Shown in pieces: positions 1 through 10,700 of a DNA stretch of 64,000 nt (position 1 is the stretch's first letter; every line of letters starts with the position of its first letter). The stretch spans positions 62,001 through 126,000 of the forward strand of contig JAHLWZ010000799.1 in the NCBI GenBank assembly GCA_020536535.1. Reading direction: 5' to 3'. The position numbers and the translations under genes were made by a program. This DNA is from Pelomyxa schiedti. Taxonomy: Eukaryota > Protista > Evosea. The notes under the pieces are model-generated. The model made no database searches. It worked only from the letters and a program-made list of their open reading frames with translations, and had not been told where the DNA came from.

Positions 1-1644
1 GAATCAATACCTCTTCTTGCCCATACCGCATGCCACTCCGGTTTGCTCTTTCTACTATGGTTTTTTGTGTATTTAAACACTAATACAGGTAATATTGGCA
101 TTCTCAAAACTGTTGTGAATAGACTATCTTTGAGAGAAGCAGATTTCTTTTCTGGAGTAAACGAAAATTCAGATTTCCGTTCACAACCTCCAGAACTGCC
201 ATCTGATCCGGTGTTAATGTACCCGTCACTCGACTATCCACCACTTAGCACTGCGTGCAAACACCTCTCTTTACTAAAGTGGTTAATGAAGCACATCAAC
301 TTCAGCCGTAAAGCCATTTTATACTGCCTTGGCATTTGTTGTGCCAACACTGATAAAGAACCAGCACTTTGGATTGTCTCCACTTTTCGAATTAGCAGTG
401 AAGACCTCGCAATGTGGGTTCAGTGGGCAAATATCAACCCTATCTTACAATGGCGGGTATGGCTTGCTTCTATTGCACCCGAAACTTTGCCCTCAAGAAA
501 TGGTATCCAAAATAGTTTCTGTCTCTCTTATATTCTAGTTCTAACTTCCGGACCAGTCAAATTGATTCTATTGCTCTGGGGAGCAGGGGGTGGAGGAGCT
601 GGAAGTTACTCCAAGGGTGGACTTGGTGGATATGTTGGAGGAGTTGTGGGATGCACAAATATGATCATTACTGTGGGCGAGGGCGGAGGAGGTGCGTTTA
701 CTGACTACCACTCCCGGCGAATGAACATCGGTGGTTTGCAGAAATACGAAGGGCCTTGGACTGGCGGGAAGGGAGGAGCCAGTGGATTTTCCGAATCCAA
801 CTCTGGAAGACAGCCGCAAACCATCGGGAAACCTGGAACAAGCGCTGGCGGAGGTTGCGGAGGCTTCCTGTTTGATGCAGCAGGAGGAGGACCAATGTGC
901 GGCGCCGGCGGCGGAGGTGCTTCCTTCGCCGTGGATTCCAGCACCGGAATTCTGCTGGCCTGCGCGGGCGGCGGCGGGGGCTCTGGAAGTGGCTGCCCAA
1001 GTTTCGATGGGGCTGCCTGTGGGGGTGGCGGGGGTGGCTGTGATGGCCCTTCTGAACTGGGGAGCGGCGGAGCGGGATGCTACATGATGGAGGATGATGA
1101 TTACAACAGGATCAGCAGTAACAGGCACTCTTGTTGTGTTGGATTGCACGGGAATGGAAGCGGGGGTTGTTGCAACTACTGTGAGAGCGAGGATTCTGCC
1201 CGGGATCACTGCGGATATGACGGAACCAGTGGTTTGCCAACAATGAACGAGTCTCGTGGCTCGGGAGGCGGGGGTGGACGTGGCTATGCTGGGGGGTTTA
1301 TTCGCGGAACTTGTGTTACTACTAGTACCTCAACCACTCAATGTACTTTGGAAACAAATGAAGGGTACACTGAAGTAACCATTCTGCCATTGAAAAAGAA
1401 GGCGGCGTTTTGCACACCACCAAGGGCTGATTCGAGAATGGACTATGACGTTTTGTGTGTGGCAGACAGCAGGCCACAACCGGCACATGGTGAGAAGATA
1501 AATATGTTTCATTCTGGGGATGATGGGTGTGCAGTGCTAATTAGCATTCTGTCTGGTAAAGTACTTGCCATTGTGAATTCTCCCGGGACATACACTTACA
1601 ACATAGAACAGGAATATGTCAAAGAAATACAACAGTTTTCATAG
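1..1644 (+). CDS. Glycine-rich-domain protein (Gly_rich/ALK-LTK-like GGxGG domain) with degenerate ankyrin-like N-terminal helices; 5'-partial
   Basis: Frame 1 is open from base 1 to the stop at 1644. LLLWGAGGGG...GGLGGYVGG...IITVGEGGGG and repeated [17 protein letters not shown] motifs are typical of the Gly-rich domain. The N-terminal AC..G.L.LLW and KWLMKH segments resemble degenerate ankyrin repeats. Confidence 0.6.
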   Translation, partial: ESIPLLAHTACHSGLLFLLWFFVYLNTNTGNIGILKTVVNRLSLREADFFSGVNENSDFRSQPPELPSDPVLMYPSLDYPPLSTACKHLSLLKWLMKHINFSRKAILYCLGICCANTDKEPALWIVSTFRISSEDLAMWVQWANINPILQWRVWLASIAPETLPSRNGIQNSFCLSYILVLTSGPVKLILLLWGAGGGGAGSYSKGGLGGYVGGVVGCTNMIITVGEGGGGAFTDYHSRRMNIGGLQKYEGPWTGGKGGASGFSESNSGRQPQTIGKPGTSAGGGCGGFLFDAAGGGPMCGAGGGGASFAVDSSTGILLACAGGGGGSGSGCPSFDGAACGGGGGGCDGPSELGSGGAGCYMMEDDDYNRISSNRHSCCVGLHGNGSGGCCNYCESEDSARDHCGYDGTSGLPTMNESRGSGGGGGRGYAGGFIRGTCVTTSTSTTQCTLETNEGYTEVTILPLKKKAAFCTPPRADSRMDYDVLCVADSRPQPAHGEKINMFHSGDDGCAVLISILSGKVLAIVNSPGTYTYNIEQEYVKEIQQFS

Positions 1645-1709
1645 TTTTGAAAAGGAAGTTTTTTTTTCAAAAAAAAATTTACTTTGGTTACTGATATGAC
1701 AAATTTTCT

Positions 1710-2518
1710 TCAACACTTCTCCAAGAACAGTGTGTAGTAGTCCTCGAATTTAGCACCGTTTTGAACAGCGTTGTTCCAGAGTTCTTCCAGGTCCAAGGTC
1801 ATTAAACTAGAAAACAATAAGCAAGCCACTATGGCACAATCACAAAACAACCTTCCAGTCTTCATAAACTGAAGCTTCCAAGACAATCCTAGTGCCAAGA
1901 AGTACCGGTGTTTCAATTCTTCATTCTCTGCTTGCTGTAGGGGTGGGAGAAATATCAGTGTCAAATACTTTAGGAGGAAAATTTGATTTCAACACTAAGA
2001 ATATTTGTTTGGAATTAAACACATACCAAGACTGCCATTTGCTCTTTCAAAGCAGAAACCTGCAAAAAAACAATTTAGTTCCAATTGTTTGGGGGCAGAA
2101 TAACAATTTAGAATTACAAAAAAAAAAATTATGATAGAGATAGAACTACCTCGGCGTTGCTAGTTGAAGTGGAGGATGATGAAGTGGACTCAGCGCTCGC
2201 GTGGGACGGCGAGGACGGTGGCGGCGGGGTGAAGGTCATCGGTGTGCTGATGGACGCCCGCAGGGGCCCCGTCATGTCGAGCGAGGCGGGGGACGACTTG
2301 ATGTCCGCGGACCACGCCTTGAGGCCGCCCTCGAAGGCGTCGGACAGGGCGGCGGTGACGGGCTCGCCGCGGAGCCAGCGGCGCAGGTGGCGCTCCGCGT
2401 CGCTGCGCTTGTCCTCGGGGATGGAGGGGCAGTAGCGCTGGATGAACTCGCCGTGGGTGTGGGAGCCGAACCACCCCGTCTTGATCAGCTGCATCCTGTT
2501 GAATGGTACAGTGGACAT
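1710..2518 (-). CDS. Small spliced hypothetical protein with C-terminal coiled coil
   Basis: ATG at 2518 (MSTVPFNRMQLIK...). GT-AG splicing by eye links NAE | VSALKEQMAVL | QAENEELKHRYFLALGLSWKLQFMKTG | ...LDLEELWNNAVQNGAKFEDYYTLFLEKC* (stop 1710). Function not recognised. Confidence 0.55.
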
Positions 2519-2763
2519 GGCGCTGGTTTGTTGTTTTTGTTGTTGATTTGATTGCGTGTTTGAGCGCGGGCTTGGTGCCTTTCAAGAAAGGTTGTTGTTT
2601 TTTCAATTTTTTTTCTCGGAGCTCTGCGGTGCACAGAGGTTCACTCTCACAAGCTCTGCATGCTAACTCTTTCTCGGGAATCCTCTGGGATGTTCCAAGT
2701 GGCTTCACGCCTGGTGCTGAAACTTCTCGAGATCTGCAGCTGAGGCAAAAAAGCACTCGGCCG

Positions 2764-4454
2764 ATGGATGGCGAGACACAGGAGCCGCAGCCCAAACGAC
2801 CGCGGGTTGCGTACGCTGCCACGGGGGACCAGAACCAGATACATGCAAGTGGCACCGCAGTGACCTCGTCTTCGTCTTATTTCTCGTCCGCGGCGCCCCT
2901 TGGTGGTGTTGCGGCGACGGCGGCGCGTGGGGCTGCGCCCGCGGACGTGGACGAAGAGGGGCAGGGGCGGCAGGACGGCGCGGACCCAGAGTCAGCCGTG
3001 ATTGTGCTTGACGACGACGACGACGACGACGAAGAAGACGAGGGCTCGGGGTCGGAGGACGAGGAGACCGACACGGGGCGAGATGGGGACCACGGGGACG
3101 ACGGCGACGACGAGGGCGACGCGGCCTCGGACGCGCACGCACCGCGCCGGCACCCAGACCAACCACAGCGGCGGCAGCGCCCGCCGGAACCGGAAACGAG
3201 GGACAGGCGCCGAAGCGCCCGGGAGCACGCGAGGGAGTGGGGGCGAGGCCGGGAGGAGCGAGACCGCAAGAGGCCGAGGGAGGCATCCAGGGGAGGAAGG
3301 AGAGGGGCCAAAGGGGGGGGCAAGGGGCGCAAGAGCGGCGGGAAAAAGGGGATCAAATACACGGGGGGCGCTGGCCCTGCAGCCGCAGCCGCCGCCGCCG
3401 CAAGGGTTCCGCGCAAGGTAGAGCGCCAGCAACGTCGCCGGCGCGAGCGCTGGAGGGTCAGAGAGGAGAGGATCAACAGAGATAGAGAGGCAATGCGGAA
3501 CAACGTGAAGGACGAGAAAGGTCTTAGAGGTGCACAGAAGGACTTGCCAGTGTGCCAGGGCATTTCTGAGTCGCACAGACGACTGGTTCCTCACCTTGGA
3601 TGTGTGACACCTCTTCCAGAACCGCTACCTGCAGAGATTTACTCAAAGGTGCTTGAAGAAGTGTGCAAAACTATGGCGGGTACCAAGTTTGTCCCAGGCG
3701 GCAATGTGCATGAAACTGAGGATAATAGTCCAGTTCGCAAGCCCATTACCAAGCAAGCTCCCCAAGATTGGGACGGAAAACGCCCTAAATGGAACCCATC
3801 CTGTGACAATTCAACTCGATTCCCTGTGTACTTGGAGAAACTTATGGGCATTACTAAGAAGGAGCTGATGGAAGAAATACAAGACAGTGAAAGCACGGAG
3901 CTGCTGCGGCAAATACATCACCTGTGCATCCCCGGCATGGTACCTCTGCCAAAATTGGCTAGAATTCAACGCGTTGTGTTGTGGGATGTTGACAACCTCA
4001 CTGGCGTGTTACCCTGCTTGGACTTTAATTGCGACCCCAACAGTCTTCTTGTCTTGGGATTCGGTACCATCTCGTCCATTGGAAATGTTCCTGATCCTGC
4101 AATTGCACTTGAAATGATGGGCAACAGAAGACTAGCTTTTGTGATGTCTGTACTCATCTCACACAACTATAACTAAAAGTACAACACAGTTGCGAATATG
4201 GCCAGGATGGCGTCGACTTTGTGATGATCAACACAAGTTCGCTACTTCATGAAATGCTTCCACAAGACGTGACAATAACATTCCTTTCCTGCGATAACGA
4301 CTTTGACACAATCTTGCACAGGTTTCCTGGGAGACAGGTGCGTATTGCACAAATGGAAATAAAAACACTAATGTGTGCCCAAGGTAGAACGCTGCTTTCT
4401 CAGAAAGGATGGGACCCTGGGAACCAAACGACTGGTCTAAGCAGAGAGAAATAA
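2764..4454 (+). CDS. PIN/NYN-like nuclease domain protein with acidic and basic low-complexity N-terminus
   Basis: Likely ATG at 2764 (MDGETQEPQPKRPR) inside ORF 2503..4176. An intron at about 4146-4189 joins it to ORF 4221..4454. Motifs VVLWDVDN, DGVDFVM and FLSCDNDF match the PIN/NYN acidic active-site pattern. Confidence 0.6.
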
Positions 4455-4538
4455 AAAGGACACTGCACTTTGTCACCATACCAATGCTATCCCCTATTTT
4501 TCTATGAATCTCTCACCACTCATGTAAACCACAACTGA

Positions 4539-5859
4539 GTGGTTGGTTTGGTTGCCCTGAACTGTAGTGTTTGTTTGTCCCTGAGAAACCAGTTTTTAAG
4601 GAGATGTTTGAACTGCCTTCCCATGGAATATGCCCAACAGGATAATAACCACTTGACTTTGGTGTACTTTGTTATTGGTGCTTTGGACATTCTGGGGGAG
4701 CTTTCGCGTTCAGTGGACAGTCAAACATCTTCTAGGCTGATAGAATATATTTACAGCTTACAGCTACTTCCTATTCACGGGAATACAAGTGAAAAGGAAG
4801 CCACGGTTGATCCTACCTGTGGTTTTGTTGGGAGCCCTTATCAGATTTTTGGTGCTCCAGATGGAACACAGAGAAGTGGTTATGTGATGAGTAACAGTGC
4901 AATGACATATGTTGCTCTATGTGTGCTGAAGATTTTGGGAGATAATTTCTCACGCGTTGATGTGCATGCTATTACTTCAGCTCTTCATGCACTTCAGAAA
5001 CCCAATGGAAGGTATGCTAAGTTCTACATGAAAATCCAGTTTTTAATTTCTCCGTAAGTTTTGTTGCCGTTGCTGTACCTGGAGCAGGGGAATGTGACGT
5101 TAGATTTGTATACTGTGCATGTGTGATTAGTTCTCTACTAAATGACTGGAGTGGTGTGAATAAAGTACTCCTCCTAGGTTTTCTACCGTGATAACTTCTT
5201 CTGTAGGAGGCAGCCATTAGTTTCATTTTAGCTACTCAAACATACGATGGGGGATTTGGCCAACAGCCTGGGCAAGAATCTCACGGTTCACTGTCATCCT
5301 CTTCTACTTAATGAAATTGTGATGCTATATCAACTTGACTCCCAAACCCTCTCATCCTGACTGTAACGCAAGGCGGTAGTACTTACTGTGCTGTTGCTTC
5401 TCTGGCACTCATGGGAGAACTCCAGCGCCTTCCGCGCCGCTCTGAATTGCTACAGTGGCTTTTAGACAGACAAGTCTCTGGTTTTCAAGGAAGGATCAAC
5501 AAACCGGCTGATACTTGCTACTCCTGGTGGATTGGAGCAACCTTGACGCTATTGGGTGCATTCCACCTTGTCGATTTCCGTGCTCTCAGGTCTTTTGATT
5601 AGGCCTCAGTGCTGCTTAACTCAACACTTACAGGTCTTTCTTGCTGAGTTGCCAATCTGGTATAGGTGGCTTTAGCAAGCTACCAGAAGTGTTCCCTGAT
5701 GTTCTTCATACATATTATTCATTTTGTGGCTTGAGCTTGGTAAAACTTGCATATTTTACCCTGACAATTAATTGGCACCTAAAGGGAGGCGAACCGGGCT
5801 TAGCACCACTTGACACTCTGCTGGGCATGACTGTAACCTCCGCTGGTAAGAAGATTTGA
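4539..5859 (+). CDS. PGGT1B: Geranylgeranyltransferase type I beta subunit (multi-exon; start approximate)
   Basis: FLRRCLNCLP, LTLVYFVIGALDILG, IEYIYSLQ, AMTYVALCVLKILGDNFSRVD, GECDVRFVYCAC, YDGGFGQQPGQESHG, GSTYCAVASLALMG, GFQGRINKPADTCYSWWIGATL and GGFSKLPEVFPDVLHTYYS are canonical prenyltransferase beta motifs of the GGTase-I type. Confidence 0.9.
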
Positions 5860-6012
5860 TGTACTTATGAATTCCCTCTACCACTGTTTGTTTTACCATA
5901 AACAACTCTGCCACTTTTTCAAATTTATGCACAAACGTGTAATACCCTCCATAAAAGATAAATGGTTTTTTTTTTTGTTTTACAGAAGATATTTTATTCA
6001 ATTGAAATGAAG

Positions 6013-7646
6013 TTACCATGTTGGAGTAGTGTCATAGTAAGGAACAGATTCACCAGTGGTTACATCCACAACACCCCAAAACTTCCTCAAGTCCTCAGGA
6101 GGTGCTGCAATTGGAGGAGGCCCATCCTCCATGCATATTTTGACATGGCCGGTATCTGAGCCGTCCAGTACAACGGAATATGTGATTCTCACCCTGAACG
6201 GGAAGCTCTTGACTGGCCGGTTGACTTGCCACGCCCCGTCGAGTGGTTTGTAGTTGATCATGGTGACAATGAGGGAAGGTTTGTAGACTGGTGGAGGTGA
6301 AATGTACATCCGGGACTGGAATACAGTAGGCTGTACGTTCTTGATCTCGGGAACTCCGGCTTGAGCTAGGGCTTCTAAAGCCACGCGCTTGGCGCATCTC
6401 AGGTATTTCTGTGTAGAGAGGAACATCGCGCGTAGTGCTATGGTTCGGCAGTACTGCTCGGTGGCAGAAGGCCCAAGGCGTCCCGTTTGGAGCCATTTCA
6501 CAAGAAGCTCGTACTTGGCGCGTACTATAACATCGCTCCTCACCGTTGCTGCAGTGTCACACACCATGGATGACCTGTTGGTGAATCCAAGCCATTTGAA
6601 AAATTCCCATCTCACTTCGGGTGATAGCATTTGCTCCTGTGAGGTGGAAGATGGCTGTGATGTGGATGATGGTTGAGCAGCTGCCCCACTTGAGCTTGTT
6701 GCTGTGGAATCGGTGCCGGAGGTGCAGTGGTAGTAGATGAAGTTATTGACAAGCATTGGGTGGTGCAGTGTTGCGTCGGGAAGGAAAAAGTGACATCGGC
6801 AGTAGTCAACTGAAATCAATTTGGCAGCTTTTGGCCAGTTATCTGTTGAGCTCGCTAGCTCAGCTAGAATCTGCGGGATTATTGCTTCAATAGCTGCCGG
6901 CCCAACTTCTGTTGAAACCAAAGCGTTTGGAACTTCGGCCTGCGTGGCAGTGTTGGAGCCACTTGTAGAAAGAGGAAGAGGTGCACGTGTGAGACGGTTG
7001 AATTCCGTCAAGGTGATAGAGAGATGGCGAGGATTATCAATTGTAACGATAGATGACAGGGTTTGCAGTGCGGACGATGCTGCTGAGGATGGTGGCGGCG
7101 TGGATGCAGAGGGTGAGGGTGGTGCGAGGGAGGAACCTGGTGATGGTGGTGTGCCCTGAGGTGTAAGTGATGTAAACGAATTGGCGAAAGCAACAGCGGA
7201 TTCTTTATCCACGAAGGCAGCAAATGCCCTTACAAAGTCCTCTTTTTCACACAAAAGAGACCACAATGACCCGGGAGCCTAAAAGACAAAAAAAAAACCG
7301 TTAAAATTAAGACAAAACGCCAAAAGCAGAAACAAAAAAAAAAAAAGAAAGAAAAAAAAGGTGAGGCAGGTACCGTGCCGACTTCTTCCGAGAACAGCGT
7401 CGATGCCTGCGCCTTGTCGTCGGCGGACGGCTGCCTCCGCCTCCACGTCGCGTTGAACACCGTCAAGCACGGCGGCGCCGCCGCCTTCCCCGCGCCTTGC
7501 TGCTGCGCAGTCGTTGCGCTCGCCGTCGCCGAGGAGGCCGTGGTGGCCGCCGCCGTGGTCGCGCCCGTGGAGGCGACGAACGACGACGAGGGCGAGATCG
7601 TGCCTGTGCCCGCCGACGTCGGCCTCGGTGACGACGTCACGTCCAT
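6013..7646 (-). CDS. Hypothetical protein (2 exons), function unknown
   Basis: Exon 1 MDVTSSPRP...FSEEVGT (from 7646). A T-rich GT-AG intron at about 7370-7280 joins in frame to the 417-aa ORF 6013..7266 (APGSLWSLLCEKEDF...). The C-terminal half looks globular. Confidence 0.65.
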
Positions 7647-7774
7647 TCGCCGACCGATTTACGCGTCCGGGTGTTTTTTTTCGTTGTTTGGTGCCTTTTG
7701 GGCGCATGCGTGTGGGCTTCCGGTAAATGTACATTTTTTAGTTGTTCCGCAAAAGCAGCCTGAGGAAGGGACCT

Positions 7775-10700
7775 TTAGGGTTTATCGTTGGTGGTATCGA
7801 CCGGCTGAAGAACGAGTGGGAGAGTGGACTTGACAGGTGGGGGAGGAGGGAGCCCAGAGGCCTGCGTCGACAGTAGTGACCCAATGAGCACCCCGGTGGC
7901 GGCAATGTCATCAGGAATAACGCTGCTGCCATCCGTGGTGGTTGTAGTTGCCGATGTTGGTGCGGAAGTGGATGATGCTGATGTACCACTGGGGGATGCA
8001 GTGGACGTGGAAGTGGAAGAGGTCGTGGATGACGAGGACGAGGATGACGATGCCGACGCCGCAGCTGCAGCGGAGGACATGGAGACGGTGTCGCGCTTGA
8101 AGAGGAATGATGGGTCAACAAACCAGCCAATCATCATGTGGAGGAGGTCCGTCGTTGCCTGCAGGTGGCGCTTGGCCTCGAGGTCTCGTGCGTGGAAGAG
8201 ATTGGGTGCTATTGCGAATGCTGCGTTCGGCGAAGGGGTGGGAAGGGGAGAAGGTGTGTGTTAGGAGAAAACACAATTGATTTGGGTTTCGGGTCTTTCC
8301 ATACCGAGTAATTGCGGGGTCATTTTGTTTACTGCTTGTTTCTTTGCTACTGTAGTTAGCATTCTCATCAGCCACTCTAACACCACTTGGTTAAAGTAGC
8401 TGAGTTTACGGATCGTCTGCAGACATTGCTCTAGACTGTCAATTGAGTCAAGTACTTCGGGCGGGATTTCGTTCAGGAGACCGGTGGGAAGGTTTCGAAA
8501 CCAAACCTGCATACACAATTATGTCACCAATTCGGCTGGATCATCATACTTTGATCAATTGCGCGATATCATGAGGACTTTGTTGCATGGTAGCAACAAA
8601 CTGCCCTCTGTTGGCTAGCTCTTGTAATCTCTTGACTTCGGCGGGATCTCCGGGTTGCATAAATATATTAGGCTGTTGTAAGAGTTACATTTTTTTGAAG
8701 TGATGCTCTTTGATACAGTTTCGAGTCCTTGGTTGTGTATCAAGGCTTTTTTAAATAAGATGAGAACCGCAGGAACCTTTAAGCCTGAGTGGGTGAGATA
8801 CTTCCAACAGAATTGTTGTACACACCAGAGTCTATTTCACGGTTGAGAGACATGGGGTCTACGCCAAAAAGCCCAGCATCCGAACGAATAATAAAATCAA
8901 TAAATTGCTTATCACCAGCTTGGAATAAATATAAGGTTGTATAAACTAGCTGAGGATACTTTACCAATTAAAAGAGGTATTCGAAGGGCAGTGTTCGTTT
9001 TCGAAACGAGGGTAACACTGACTTCCAAAGCCTTTCGTGCTTTCTTGTGATGTCAGAATCAGTAAGAAAATAGGAGACTTAACAGGTTTGATGTTCCCTT
9101 TTGTCTTATTCAAGGAAATGGAAAGATTTCCATCGTCATAGTTCTCGAAAGAGTATTTCAGTTGCGTATCGGTGTTATTGAAGATGTCAAAGCTATGTGT
9201 CACAGGCGTGGCAATTGGGAACGCAGAGGCGCTGAGATCAAAAGATAAGACCTCAGATGGAACCTAGGGGAGTTGGCTATGGAGAAAAGGAAGCTGTTAA
9301 TCTACCAGCCATTTCGGTGCTGCCTCTGAATTTACATCTGTTGTGGTACCTTCATCCTACTCAAAATTCAGAATTAGAGACACTATAAAAGTGCTTACTG
9401 TAACTCCTTGCCCAGTCTCCCAGTTTCCACATGCAGGCTACGCAATTTTAGAAAAGTAATTGATTGGTGATAGCTACCCGCAGCAGCATTGCATGCAATT
9501 GTGCCTCTTCAAGGTCAATCTTGCGCAAACATTCACGTACCTCCAAAATGGTAGGTCGTTTGGCCGGGACACCATGCCAACATGCTCTGTTAATTTCATT
9601 TTAGATCACAGATTAGACACAGTACATACTTTATTAGCTTTGCAAAACTGGCCGATATTGACTTTGGTAGAGTTGGTCTATCTCCTTTTGATACAGCAAC
9701 TGTATCAAAATAATTAATACAATTAAGAATATATCTTCCAAACCTGGAATCGCCCAAGAAGGCTTATCAATATACGGTTGTTGACGCGCAGACATCTCCC
9801 ACATCACTTCAATTAGAGATGAGAAAGGGAAGGTCAACAAAACAAAAGATACAAATGCCAAGAGCATAAATATCAATTTTCTCAGTGTAGCCTTTGTTCT
9901 CTGACAGAATGTTAATACCTCGAGTGAATGCTAGTGAGTAGTACCAAATAATTCAGGTGCCATGTATTGCACTGTACAAAATTACTAAAGGAGGCACACT
10001 GGGAGAGGAAATTACCAGTTCCAAGATTCGCTGTTAAAGCTCCTGTATTATTCACAACTCGGGAATTCCCAAAATCTGAGATTTCTTAGGAGTAACTCTA
10101 GTAGGATAGTGTGCAATACCTATGATCTTTACTTCAAGACTTGCTGTCAGCTGTGATTAGAAAATGAGCAAAAGACTAAGTCAAAGTGGCACAAACCAGA
10201 ACATTTGCGCTAGAAGAGATGAAGCACAAAAGTGTTAGAGAGTTGTTTACAAGTCATTGCAGTACATACGGCTTCACATCCCTAAGGGAAGGTGAGTGTG
10301 TAAAGCAACCAAAATAGCAAACCTGTGAATAACATGATATGAGTGTAGATAAGCGAGCCCTTTGGCAATTCCACTGGCAAAGTGCAAACACACTTTCAAA
10401 TCAATTTCATCTGTGTGGGTAAATTGAATACTCAACAACTTAAAAATATGCAATGGAAATCGCACTTTTTTCAACGTAAGAGCCAAGGCTGAAGGAAAAT
10501 TAAGTTAGCTGCCTCACATTAGGAAGACTAACCTGAAAGGCATCAGCTCTGTCACGATGTAGAGATGGTTGAAGTCTTTTGTACATGCTCCAATGCATGA
10601 AATAAGATTTTCATGGTCAAAAACGCTTTAGATTTTCGTTAATAATGTTCAGAACCGTTTGTTTTTTGTTTTACCTCATTAGAGTGAGCTCTTTTTTAAA

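Noticed and set aside
2157-3594. Many long overlapping ORFs on both strands (also at 7279-8264, 11476-12539, 21402-21831, 42653-43234 and 62387-62990)
   Set aside because: These are shadow ORFs caused by stop-poor GC-rich or repetitive sequence. Only one frame per locus has consistent splice sites and plausible protein content.
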